A stretch of 64,000 nt of DNA, from NCBI GenBank assembly GCA_010909165.1, contig VJWM01000187.1, forward strand, positions 248,001 through 312,000, written 5' to 3'. Within the stretch, counting starts at the first letter, position 1, and each line of letters starts with the position of its first letter. The stretch comes from Anthoceros angustus. Its lineage: Eukaryota > Plantae > Anthocerotophyta. Positions 13,401 through 25,712 of the stretch are shown piece after piece. The notes under the pieces were generated by a model. The model was not told the DNA's origin. It made no database searches and saw only the letters and a list, made by a program, of their open reading frames with translations. A program made the translations under genes and the position numbers.

Positions 13401-15600
13401 AGCATAGGATTGACTCGGAACCGTGAGCAATCCCAAGGGATTCCACAAGACAAGTTAAATCCAAGTACTCCTCAAGGTAAAGGATCGCTTGGAGATGTAC
13501 CAAGGCGGACGTGATCTATCCTATAGTCAATACCGAATGGGTGGCTCCAATAGTGGTAGTACCTAAGAGGCAGCAAAATCCGAGTTTGTCGATCGGAGAA
13601 GGTTGAATAAGGTCACCAAGAAGGATCACTTTCCGCTACCCTTCATCGATAATATCGGATCCGTCGCAGTGTAATGGCGATTCATTCCTAGACGGTACTG
13701 TATAATCACCGCACCTTAGGGAGAGCGATTGGCCTCGCGCTTACAACCGACTGGGGACATATGCTTACAAGCGCAGCGCATTTGGGTTGACGGAGCACTG
13801 GTCCTTCATGCGAGCCATCGTCAAAATTTTCAAGGACTTCCTCGCGACTTTATGGAAGTTTTCCGACGACTGCGATTCGGGGCCGCTGGGACCATCCGCC
13901 GCACCGGCGCTCGGAGCGCCGAGCAACGCAATTATCGCATCCAAAAGTGCTACTGCATGTCGAGGAATTCGCTGGGGCATCAATTTCAAGCCGAGGTATA
14001 GAAGTAGATCCGGACAAGGTAAAGGTCATCGCCACCCTTAGAGCACCAATAACGCTAAAGGAACTCCGCGGTTCCCGGGATGGTCGTATTATAGACGCTT
14101 GCTCCAAATTTCGCCAAGCGGGCCCACTAACGAGCTTGTTAAGGAAGGATCGAGTGGGAGTGGACCGCAACGGAGGAAGCATTTCGTGACTTACGCACAC
14201 CGCTACAGCCCCACGCTAAAAGGACCGGATCGAGTAAGAAGTTCCACGCTGCTGATGTTTCAGATTTGCAATTGGGTCACCTTAGCCGCCGGATGAGAAG
14301 AAGAAGGATTTTCCGATCTACTATCGGAGACAACTAACGGACGCGAAGTATACCACCACGGAGCGAAGCATCGGGAATGGTTTACTCGGTCGAAATTACA
14401 CTACCTCCTCTCGTATGAATTTGTGTTCCATGTTGACCACTTTGCCTTGAAACACCTTGTGAATAAACCGACCTTTCGGACATAGCACTGGATCTTGCTC
14501 GTGAGTTTACCTTCACAAAGGGAAACGAGAGAGGGTAGGAAGCATATCAATGCCGACTTCATATCTCGATTGAAAACAGGAAAGGTGGAAAGGACCAGAA
14601 GACGACTTTCCGACGAGACACTCGCAGGAGTTGCAAACCAACGAGTGAAGCCAGAAGGAGGGGAGCCAGATCGATTGAGAAGGGAGGGTGGCTTTAAGAC
14701 CAACATATCGTGAGATATACGATTATCTTGGCACAGGCCAAATTCCTCCGCCTATCCAAGACATGATTCAAAGCGTTGTCCACTACTCCACTATCTACAC
14801 GGCAATATGAATTTATACCGAGTCATCCGGACGGTGGAGCGGTTATGGGCACGCATCAAGGTGTGAGCGAGTCCCGAGCTCTTTACACAAGAAGAGGCGG
14901 GAGGTCATTATGCCGCGATGTCACATGCGAGAAAATTTTGAGGTGGCTATTGGTGGCCTACAATGTACAAGGATGCCGTGGAGTTCGAAGTTACCGTGAC
15001 GCTTGCCAAAGGGTCGGCAAGCCAACAAAGAACAACCCAATGGCCCCTTGTCCCCATACTTGCACCGCACCATTCGAGAAATGGGGAATCGATTTTTATC
15101 CTATCCACCCAAAACCAAGGCTCCAAAACCAATACATCCCGGCCACAGACATCAGACGCGGATGGTAGAACGCGTAGATTCGGCGCCGCCGCGATTCTGC
15201 TCGAGCAAATCATCACCGATATGGCTGCACCGGAGCGGTCGCTGTAGGAACACATTTCAATCGTAATCTCCAACATGACCAACCACTTCAACGTCGACGA
15301 AGTCCACGCCTTATAACCCAAAAGCCAATACTAAAAGGCAAATGGCTTGTTGTGCAAGATCCTAACCAAACTCACTATGCGTATGATCGATATGAAATCG
15401 TGATTCAAGACTGGGCGACGGATCATGGAAAAGTGACAACGCAAAGAAACCCAGACATTATTACTTACGGCATTCTCATGCCAATAGAATTCAAGTTCCC
15501 ACTCGAGAATACAGGAACCAAGTCGAATGCCGGTGGAGGAAAGTCGGTTGAAAGGTTGGTGGGTTTCAGACGACACGGAGGATGAGAACAAGCCCTCCAA
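10500..15600 (+). pseudogene. gag-pol polyprotein remnants (Gag with zinc knuckles, aspartic protease, RT, RNase H, integrase)
   Basis: Gag: GLDVEGYVLSKLEKLQRGKKETLQAYVERF and CSTCGQGHSKANC (~11390). Protease: PLDTG (~12599). RT: IYPIVNTEWVAPIVVVPK and NKVTKKDHFPLPFID (~13510-13650). RNase H: QLTDAxxKYTTTE (~14330). Integrase: WWPTMYKDAVEF, APFEKWGIDF and PYNPKAN (~14945-15330). Fragmented by many indels. Confidence 0.88.
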
Positions 15601-15850
15601 GTTATGCGGATGTCCAAAGAAGGAGGAAGGAGTGGCACAAAGAGATTGAAGCGAAGAATACGTTGTTCCCGGGATCCGCTTTACTATGATAACCGATACA
15701 TGCACTTTGTAAATTACATCTCGATGGATGGGGCCCTTCGTAGTTTCGAGTACACGGATCAATTCAACTCCAAGATTTTAGTGGCTCACCGCCAACGTCA
15801 GCGGTTGGCGGGTCAAGAAATATTACCAATAAGTTGGCGAGGACGCCAAC

Positions 15851-15864
15851 AAATGAGAAGGGAG
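15851..15864 (+). promoter_or_regulatory. Polypurine tract
   Basis: AAATGAGAAGGGAG, 2 nt before the TG of the 3' LTR. Confidence 0.7.
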
Positions 15865-15866
15865 TA

Positions 15867-18800
15867 TGTGGAAGACCACATGTGCACTAACCCCGCTCTC
15901 AAGTGTCGGTGAACGATTTTTTGTTTTGGGTGTGTTAGAATAGCAGTGCTTTGAGAATCCCGAGTCGTCTTTTATACGGAATGGTCCTTGGCCCTTGGAG
16001 ATAATAATAATTTTTCGACCCTTAGGTTTGACCCCAGAGGTGGGGTAGAAATAGAGTCCTTGGGTATTGGGAATTTTAGAATAAAAGGTGTCTATATATG
16101 CTAGGGATGCTCACAATATGCCACAGCCAGTAGTCAAGTGGGTGGTGGCTAGTTCCACCACGGTGGCCGAAACGGACGCATGCACTGTGGGAATTTACAA
16201 CCCTAGTGGCGGAGCGGGACTACCACCACGGAGCGAACCGGAGAAGGGCACACACATGAGGTCGCGACTTTCCGTGAGGGGCGGAGCGAGTCAGAAGAGG
16301 GCGGCATACCACGCCAGCCAAATCACCTCACTGCGGCAGGAGGAAGGCGCGACGATCGTGACAGCGGGCGGCGCGGAGAGAAATCCGCAAGTTCGCGAGG
16401 AGGCGTGGAAGGAGCGCGCGAGGGCGGCTCGATTTTTTTCTTCGACCAATCCGCAGGTAGTCGAGGTTTTGTTTTGGGAAACGAGAGAAGGAGATGGCGC
16501 CCGAGCCGGGCCGAAATCTCACCACGCAGGGCCCAACATGGACCATCGGAAAGTGAGAGGCACTGCGTGAGCCGGCCTCAAGTTCATGGAGAAGAAATGG
16601 TGCTGTACCGCATTGGTGCAAGAGTGCGCCCGCAATTAAGGACCAAGTCGCAAGAGGGTGACGCGAGGAAAAGGCCGCAGAATCTGGATTTGGCCTCTTT
16701 CGAGCAAAGGTATGGGCGAGAAGGATGGGAGCTTGGTGATTAAAAGAAGACCTTGAAAGGCCGCCATGAAGCGGGGAAGTGAGAGGAATAATGGTGGGTG
16801 ACTCGCCAACTCGGTTACAATTGGTGGGGATTGGCCAAATGGATTTTGTGTTTCCTGTAACCTAAGTCGGATCATATGGCGGATCACTTCTTGGTTTTTC
16901 TTCACGAGGTGGTCAAGGGTACACAAATTGATTGGGGAGGATGATTTTCAAAGAGCCTGTGGAGGAGAAGGCGACTCTCTTCTTCCCTCGGCCCTCCTTG
17001 ATTTCGCCTTTTCCGATTCATGTGCATTCCGGTGTTTAACGAGTTGAAGTCGCCGCCTGCATGGTTGGAAGCCGGGCCGTGGAACTCAAGGTAGAAGAGG
17101 AGGAATTGAAGGAGGATTCGCAAGGATTCCAGCTTGGGAGTGCGCTCGAAGGTTCTAAGAGGGTGGGGAAGTTTCCAAGGAAGCGGAAGCGAACGGCCTA
17201 ACGGGGATCGCAAGAAGGGGAGGAGCAAAGAGAGGAGGAACCCACAGCCACACCTGTGGTCACTGTGTCAAGACTAGCAATGAAAGGAGGAGAAAAGTAA
17301 AGGGAAATGGCAAGTTGCTCCCTCCTGGGATGAATCGCCGCTAGGGGAGAAAGCGGGGAAGAGGCAAGGGGCGACCAACCCCTAGGAGAGGAGGGGTTAA
17401 CTTCCGAGACCGCAACGGAGCTCCGGACATTTTGGCGACATTTCACCGAACCGTCCTAGGTGAGGTGGGGATAGGAGACACCGCCGACACGAGAATTGTT
17501 GTGGAGGCGGATGGGCAAGGGACAGCAATAATTTGGGAGGTTTGACTACCATGGCATGACGCAGCGGATCTCCTCGATCAAGCCCATGGCTCTCACTGGC
17601 CGAGTGTGCAAGGCAGGAAGTTGCTCAAGGAGAAGTTGGAAAGCCCGAAGGCGAGAGCGGCGGCCGAGGAGCGCAGACGGAGTGCGCGGCCATGTGGCGC
17701 AGGAGGCAAGGGACATGTCCACTCAGAGCTTTAGTAAATCAGTCAAGGGGCATGCTACAATTGAAGAGCTTGTGGATGAGGTCTCGCGAGTCCAGGAGCG
17801 GTGGAAGCGATGGCGCCTTGGAGAAATTCAAGAAGTCAGAGAGGTACAAGCGGAAAGAGACGGCTTAGGGCCGAGTCAAGAGAGAGGTGGCCAAACCAAG
17901 AAGGCCGATAACACCGCAGGAGCCAAACAACCACCGTGGAAGAACCACCACGGTGGCTAAACCAGCCACCGCCGTGGAACGGGAACCGAGGTGGGGAAGT
18001 CACCGACGGAGTGTCGCAGATGGAGGGATGATCCCGGAGAATCAGCACCGCCTGTGATTGTCCACGGAGGAGAGGGTAAGGACCTCAGATCGAAGGGCGA
18101 TTGTGCCAGCCCCGGATGAGGATGCTCATGTCCTCGGCCGCCGCATGGTGAGCGGTGCTCACTCTAAACGTGTATGTGGTTGTTGGGACAGGAGGGGCGT
18201 AAACCACCGGGTCAGACATCTTGACCGCCACAGTGCTGGTTCCTTCGAGTAGCGGGCGCCTATCCTCCGCAAGTGGTGCCGGAAGAGATGAGCGAGGCGC
18301 AGCGAGCATGGAGGGAGGAGCAACGATGGTTGTCCAAATGAGGAGGAGCGGACAATGGACATAGAGGAAAGGCGCAACGTCCGCTGGAAGGCGCGAGGGA
18401 AAATCAAAAGGAGAGTGAGGTGGAGGTTGTGGGGAAAATCGCTGGATCGAGGCAGGCCGAAGAGCGAGAGGGGTCCCCATGGGCCGAGGGCGAGGCAAAG
18501 AATCGGAGGGGGCTTGATTTTAGGGGAGTATAGCCTAGGACCGGGTTTTTCGTAGAGGATAGGGAGTTCCATCACCAGAGTCATGTTGCTTAGATTGGTA
18601 AGGGCGCCGTGGTAGGAGCTACAATTTTAGACACTAAAGAGAAGTGAGCGTGTTGGACCACACGGATGTATAAGAGACCCTTTGGGTGTCTCTCAAGGTG
18701 ACGATTTCGTGTGAACTTCCGTATCGAACCGCCGAGTTGATTGAGACGCCCGTCAAGATCAAACGGGCGACCGCCTTCGTCACAAGAAGAAGCCGGAAGA

Positions 18801-19445
18801 TCTCGGATGGTCGAGAGGAGTGGCCAAGCCCACGCCTGGGTAACGGAAGGTAGAAGGCCAGAAAAAGAGGTAGGATCGCCGAGGCGGAAGAAGGCGAATC
18901 GCCCAAGCACGACCGGGTTTTCCCGATCCTCTTTCCAACCGCTGCACCACTGTGTTCATTCCATGAGAGGGGTCTGTGGCCCAAGGAGGGGTCTGTGGGC
19001 CCAAGGGGGGGGTCTGTGTGGCCCGTGAGACGAGGGAGAGTTCGAAGGGAAAGGTTCGAGGAGGTTAGAGTTGAGATACGAGGGATTGTGAGAGCGTGAG
19101 GGAAATGTGAGGGGAGTGGAAGCGTGGTGGAATCGCAGAAATTCCAAAGTGAGGCGATAGGTATCCGTATGCCCATAGCCCCTAGGTCCGTGTTAGAGAA
19201 GCCGGTGACGAATAGACTCGAAAGGCGCGGTGTGGGACCCGCCACGAAACTGCCATGGTCTACCACGGTGGTGGGTTTGGGCGGTAGTGGAGAAGGTGGG
19301 GTAGTGAGCGACGGTAGGTCTAGAATCCATAGATTTAGCACACCTTGACACAACACCATTCCCTTGGGATCGAATCCTAGGACTATAACGACATAGAGGG
19401 TAAATGTGGCCTCTTTGCGCTTCGGATGCAAAAACCCATTCCACA
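15867..19445 (+). repeat. 3' LTR (3579 bp)
   Basis: TGTGGAAGACC...CCATTCCACA termini; collinear with the 5' LTR. Confidence 0.9.
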
Positions 19446-22400
19446 GAGCCATTTACTAGAAAGCTATGCACCCAGTCCATTTCATCCCACCTGTGTTTGA
19501 CCCCGGCCGCTTCCATGCCCTCGCTCTTTCTTCTTCGCGCATCCATGCCGCAATCTTGCTTTTCAAGCATCACCGCTTCATGGAAAGCAAGGCGTCCCAC
19601 CTCCACATTGCTCCACTTCGACAAAGCACCCGGCAATGCGGCATATCATGCTTTCCTCTCTCGGACTACCAAGTCGAAGACCTCACTTCCCTCGACAAAG
19701 AATAGCCTCGCAATGAGAGCATTCCAGTCACAAGGCTTTTTTCAGACAACGTATCAAACACTTGTTGTGCGTCAACAAGGCTCCCAAGCTTCCTACTTGT
19801 TAGTCAAATTGGGTTATTTACGTGCCTTGTCTAGTATCCGAACATGTACGTGCCTTCCAAGATGCAAGAGCTACGCTTATGCATATATGCTTGGAGAATG
19901 TTGAGGAACTGTACCGCCATGCCTTCAAGCTTGTAGCATATTCGCTGAAAGGAAGGTCTTCCGCGGACCGCCCTCCTTATAGGCACGGGTCCAAGTCACC
20001 ACATCTTTTGACCAAGTGTAAACGATCCGACTTGGAAACCCCGCTGATGTGCACGGAAGTGTTTTTTTTGTTTTTGTTCGAGTGTGGTGTGTGAAAATAA
20101 GTCAAAGGATGAGGGCAAAGGTGAAATGGAAGGCGAGGAGCCCAAGGAGGAAAAATCTGATAGGGAGCCTGGCGACAGTGCTGGAGGAAGAGAAGGAAAT
20201 TCCCACCAGCAAAAAGAGGAAGACCGGGGGTGAAAGACGGGCATCAGCGAAAAAGGTGAAGGCGGACGCCAAGGCCACTGTGTCGAAAACCAAGGCTACG
20301 AAAATGAAAGCCAAACGGCAGATGGAGGTGGCAGAAGAGGAGGCGCGATCCGAGGACAATTTTGCTGACCTGGATGCAGATGATGAATCAACTCCAGAGG
20401 GTTTAGGGCTGACCTCAAGGCGGACCCTCCTCAAAGATGGGAAGAGATTTTCAAGGGACTCCACCGGCAACAGAGGTGGATGCAACCGAATTGGTGAGGG
20501 CGCACTGGGAGGAAAGTTCTCGATGAGGGATGGCGTCGCGCGGGGCCGCCAACAAGTGGACTGTGAGCCGACCACGCCGGCGATCCGGGCCCAAGCAGAT
20601 TTGTTGGACTGCTTTTTAGCTCTCACCGCTCAGGTGCAGGGCGACGGAGGAAGTGGTGAAGGCCAGTTTGACGTAAGGGAGGCCAAGCGCAAGCAATGGA
20701 GGAAGACAACCTAGAGGAAATAAGGGCCAAGATTCAAGAAGATTTGTGCAGGCCCAGAGAAGTTGCAAGCCATGACGAGCAGGCGAAGCACTCATGGCTC
20801 AAATTAAGGATGCCCACGAGACGAACCAGAGATGCAGGGGAGTTGTTGCGAGCCGGGAGGCGAGGCCTCGGTGGAAAAGGCCCATAAGCCGCGAGCGATA
20901 AACGGAGCGGATGAGGCACGGGCCGAGCCGTAAAAGACAAAGGGAAGGGGAAGCGGTGACCACGTCGAGTAGCGGAAGGAACTACCAGGCGAAGCAAAGA
21001 ACCGAGGTAGCCGAAACCTCACCTACCAAGGTTGTCGAACGAACGACGTGGAGTCCACTACGCGTTCACACATTGGCGCATCCAACCCGGAAGGTGCAGG
21101 GCGGGCGATGTGACGCGACGCGCCCGCGAGGAACCAGTGCAACTGTGTGTAGCCTACGGAGGAGGGGTAAGCACCTCACCGCAGTAGGGGTCCTATTATA
21201 TTGCGGCATGGATGAGGAAACTTATGTTCCCGGGTCTATATGTGAATGGAGAACGCGGCTTAACTTCACCGCCCATGTGCGTGTGGAAATAGGAGGGATC
21301 AGTGGCCTACCATGCAAGTGAGGACCAAGTGCATACTTCTACCATCGCGCCGAGTGTGGGGTTGGCCCCTCATTATGAGGCGACTTTGGAGGAGTTGAGT
21401 GAGGAGGAGGTCCAGCTTGGGTGGACGAGGAACCGAATAATCCTCAAGAATGGAAGATGCGGAAGCGGTACACCTCAAATTCACGCCCGCAGCGAAAGTG
21501 AGGTGGAAGTAGTGTGGGAGAACCGTCCACCGCCAACAAGCGGTGAGAGCTCGGGCGCAATGGAGGATTGAGGGCCAAGTCGAGGTAGGGCGAGTGAATA
21601 GAGGCTGAGGTGATAGCATCCTAAAGATAATTTGTTAGGTGCCGATCGACCTAGGATCGCCCTGGCCCCTTCATGATAGCCATCTTAGGACCAAAATGGC
21701 ATGGCGCCCTGGCCGATGTATAAGAGGGGCAACTATGTCCTCACAGCAGATCCTTGAGATCCCCGCTCGTGGCTGGTTGGAGACGCCCAATAACGGAGGT
21801 GGTGCGAGACGCCTCCTGAATGGTCGAGGAGCTTGCTCCGCATCGGAGGGGAAGGTGATCCGTCTGCACGTGGGGAACGAGTCGCGCGGGGCGGTCCGGA
21901 GCTTGTAACGCCGTGACGCCTCTTCTCCTTCGCTTTTCTCGCCACCGCAGTTCAAATTGAGAGTGTGAGTGATGGATGCCCGGAGGGTGAATCGAGAGAA
22001 GGAGAGTGAGAGGAGATCGGGAAGGAGACACTATGTCAGATGATGCGATGAAATGTGAGGGAAAAGAGGAGAAGAACCGTGAGAGGATGTGGTTGAATTG
22101 GTGAAGGAATCGCGAATCGAGCTGCCGGCGGAGAAAAGCATGGAAACGGTGTTTGAGGAAATAAGGTGGTGCGTACCCGTGTGTGTGTGTGGATTGAGGT
22201 GGAGGCTAGAGACCCCAGGTCCCGAATTGGCGGGTATAGTATCCGGTAGAGAATTATCAGCCACGGCGACAACGCACGGACGCCGTAAGTCGAATCAGCC
22301 GTTAGGGTTTGGCGTGACCCACTGTCGTACCACTAGTGATGGACTTCTAGCGGTGGAACGGGTCCGGGAAGTTAGATCCGTGGTAGTTGATAAGATGAGG

Positions 22401-22610
22401 TAGTCGAGTTGAGTAGATAGGTAGAAGTAGCGTCCACTGTGCTTAGGCAAAGGTTGGTAGTGATAGAAGATAGCATCTTTGCACAAACCATTCCCTTGGG
22501 AGCGAATCCGTGACTACAACGACATCGTCATGGGACCTCACCGTGTCCCCTCATTCACCACACCCCACACCAAGTCCATCAAAAACTGCTCCGCACTCGC
22601 AAGCCGCCCG
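19446..22610 (-). pseudogene. PPR pseudogene, cassette copy 2 (E1/E2/WW end and last PPR motifs), split by a solo LTR
   Basis: ORF 19193-19636 gives KWSNVEVGRLAFHEAVMLEK...VHSFLV. 19446-20016 plus 22570-22610 matches 1-365 and 25780-26700. Confidence 0.8.
20017..22569 (+). mobile_element. Solo LTR (2553 bp) of a family related to the flanking gypsy element
   Basis: TGT...ACA termini and an exact 5-bp TSD CCAAG (20012-20016, 22570-22574). The empty site with a single CCAAG is at 334-338. Shares TGTATAAGAG and ACCATTCCCTTGGGAxCGAATCC with the large LTRs. Confidence 0.88.
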
Positions 22611-23802
22611 GCCTCCCTTGTGTGTGGTCTTCTACCGAGATTACCCGCTTGATAAAACTTAAAGTCGTGCCCAAACTTTCCTCGCCAATGTATAGTGATA
22701 AAGGACACTGGTCCTCAAATGTCGTGAACGATGCCGGTGAGTTTGAAGGATAAGTTGCACATGAGTTTGGAGGATAAGCAATGGACACTCATCTCGTGCT
22801 CTAAAATCTCCATAGAAAAACAGACAAAACTATCCCGGAGCTTGTCCACGCTGAAATACGACCGAAAAGGTAATCAACCAACTAATGCCAAACAAACCGA
22901 GACTAGTAAGAGCGGGCTGACAAGCCCCTATAGCCAAGTGGTGATGGTCCGAGTTTTGCAAGTCTATCAAAAGAACAACGGTGCAGAGGGCCGAGGAGAT
23001 CGACAAACCCCATGGTCAACCTTAAGGAGGCTCAACGATCCTTCAAGGGAGACTTATGGAGGTGAGGTCACATGACGACCTTCAAGGAGGACATCCAACA
23101 ATCATAGCATCAAACAGCCATCGGAGGCCCAAGCTCATGGGCAACAAATTTGAGAAATGAACGTTAAGAGAGTCTAGGAGTCCAATATCTTTGCCGACCT
23201 TCGGAGAACTTTGTGCAAAGATAAGATGCTTTCAAGGTTAGGCTAGGTGTTGAAGAGAGCTAAGAGCCGAGAGCCGAGAGTCGAGTCGAGCCGAGAGCGA
23301 GAGCCGAGAGCCGAGAGCAGAGCGAGAGCCGAGAGCGAGTCGAGAGGTAGCCTCGCCTTCTCAATTCGACAACGGCATTTGTTTTTATGTTTGTTGTTCA
23401 ATGTCCGCCGTGGTTTCTCCCCGATAATTTCAAACTTATTGGTGGAAAAGATTAAACATCCAAGCTTGAGCAAATCGCACTACTATATAGGATTTTACAT
23501 CTATCGAGATTAGGTTCATACATATCGAGGTTATGTCAACTCAAAAGTCTATATATGGAGGAAGGCTCCCATGGACTAAACATTATATTAAGCTAGTCAT
23601 ACCGCGTATTACCTTGATAGAAAATGGAACTTCTAGCTTCTCAAGTCTTGTTTATAGTTTTGGTGTCTTTGTTATACTTTGTAACAAACCCCATGCCAAG
23701 ACATGCATCACGTCATGGATGGAAAACTCGTAGCCTTCTCCAAGATTGTAAGTGAAGTACTATCCTCAAACATTCTTTAGGTGTATCGTCTAAATTTGGG
23801 AT

Positions 23803-25342
23803 TTGTTGGAGTTCATTGGTGGATCCGTTTACTCTTTGCTGGATCGTAAGATGGGGGTAAACTATGGCCAGCTTGAGATCATTTACCACCTCCTCGAGGT
23901 TGTTCGGGCTTGGGACATTGGACATTGGGCACGTCAAAATATTCGACTACAATTCCGCCATCATTCAAGCCTTTGCAAATTCAGCTGTGCAACTTTCTAT
24001 CATGGTGCCCAATAATGAGGTGACAGGGCTAGCTAGCAATGAGCAAACTGCAGCAGACTGGGTGCAAAACAATGTGGTAGCATTTCCTTCGACCAATATT
24101 GTCATGATTTTGGTCGGTAATGAAATACTATCCTACTCAGACGCAGAGAACAAGGCATTATGGACCCAAATAGTCCCCGCTATGCAAAATGTCCACAAGT
24201 AAGTTCTCATGTCTTTTGCATCACTTGAAATCATATTTTTCTAGACGACGATAAGAATACTAATGTCTTTTGTCTCTTTGATGCTCATTAGTAACTCATG
24301 GCCTTGGCGATCAAATCAAAGTATCGACTTGTCTAGCATTTGATGCCTTAAATGTTTCATATCCACCTTCGAAGTGTTTTCGTGAGGACATCATAGATTA
24401 CGTCATCAAACCTCTATTGAGTTTTTGGACTTTACTTCCTCACCTTTTATGCTCAATGTATATCCATATTTCGCTTATGCATCGATCCCACGCATATCCT
24501 TAGAATATGCTACTTTTGGGAATAATGCAACATCCGCTTCGATGGGTCATTAGTATATCATAATGTGCTTGATGCAGCTAGATGCATTTACCATGCTATG
24601 ATCTCGAGGTTTTCATCGTTAATATCCAAATATCGTAAAGGATGGCCTTGGAGGTGGTGAGAACACAATCGGTGCAAACATAGAAACCGCAGCTTCATAT
24701 AATCGAGGCTGGTGCAAAAGATGATGGCATCGGAAGGCACGCCATTGAGACCTAATGAGTATATCCAAACATTCATTTTTGCTCTCTTTAATGAAGATTT
24801 AAAATCTGGAGCCGATCTGAGCAACATTTTGGAGCATTTTATCCAGGATAAAAGTCCAGTTTATGCTCTAGATTGACTGGTCAAACAACCAATTACAATG
24901 ATCCACCCGCTAACTCAAGTATGGTACCATTATGGTGTGTAGCAAATCCAATCGCATCACCAAGAACTTCAAAAGGTATACTCTTGCATGCGGTTCGTGA
25001 GTGATTGATTGCAAGCCCATTCAAGTAGGGGTGCTTGTTTGATCCAAATAATGTTCAAGCCCATGCTTCATGGGCCTTGACTCATATTGGGCATCTGGGA
25101 ACAATTTACGGAGCCAAGGACACATGTGACTTTAACAAAACAGCTATACTTACAGCTATTGATCCAAGTAAGTTCTCAATTCCTTTATGTAATCACTTAT
25201 TTTATGATGCATTGAATATATTATTGAGTTTTTATTTTTATTTTTATTACTAACAATATCTACAAATTATAGGCACATCAAGTTGTATCTATCCTCATCC
25301 GATTGGCAATGCTCCTCTCTCACGACCTCAACTTCATATCCA
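23803..25342 (+). CDS. Glucan endo-1,3-beta-glucosidase (GH17 + X8), copy 2; frameshifts possibly assembly errors
   Basis: ORF 23864-24202: VKIFDYNSAIIQAFANS...ILVGNEILS (acid/base Glu motif). Intron at gtaagt 24199, then FMLNVYPYFAYA, FIFALFNE, the X8 domain and a last exon SCIYP. Confidence 0.75.
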
Positions 25343-25712
25343 GTCTTTAGATCTATATATATCTATGATGTTTTTCTCGTGTTCATGATAACACGCATAA
25401 ACTTTTAGAATTGTTGCTCATGTAACTCTTCGAGTTTGGTTGTTCTAGTTAGAGCTATTCTATTTCCCTATGTTCCAACTCTTTTAGGTTGGCTGTTTTA
25501 GTTGGAATAATTCCATTGATATATTTTATTCTGTTATTCTATTTACGTATCTCCAAGACCTTGCGTCCTATGTGACCGCACACCGGCGGCTTTATCTTCA
25601 CCTGCTTGATGGTGGCGGTGGTACCGCATTCGCAGTACTTTAGAAATATTGTTACAACACAGCATACATCTAAAACATAGAAGAGACATCGAATCGAGCT
25701 GCATGAAAGAAA

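Larger units (their letters stand above)
5452..19445 (+). mobile_element. Full-length Ty3/gypsy LTR retrotransposon, non-chromovirus (Athila/Tat-like), coding region degenerate as assembled
   Basis: Two LTRs bounded by TGTGGAA...TTCCACA, PBS after the 5' LTR, PPT before the 3' LTR, and gag-PR-RT-RH-INT order. Inserted in the 3' end of a PPR pseudogene (uninterrupted paralog at ~25770). Flanks TAGGC/GAGCC are only an imperfect 5-bp TSD. Confidence 0.92.

Noticed and set aside
15600-15866. env-like ORF between integrase and the 3' LTR
   Set aside because: Only ~250 bp separates the integrase end from the PPT; there is no room and no transmembrane-like ORF.
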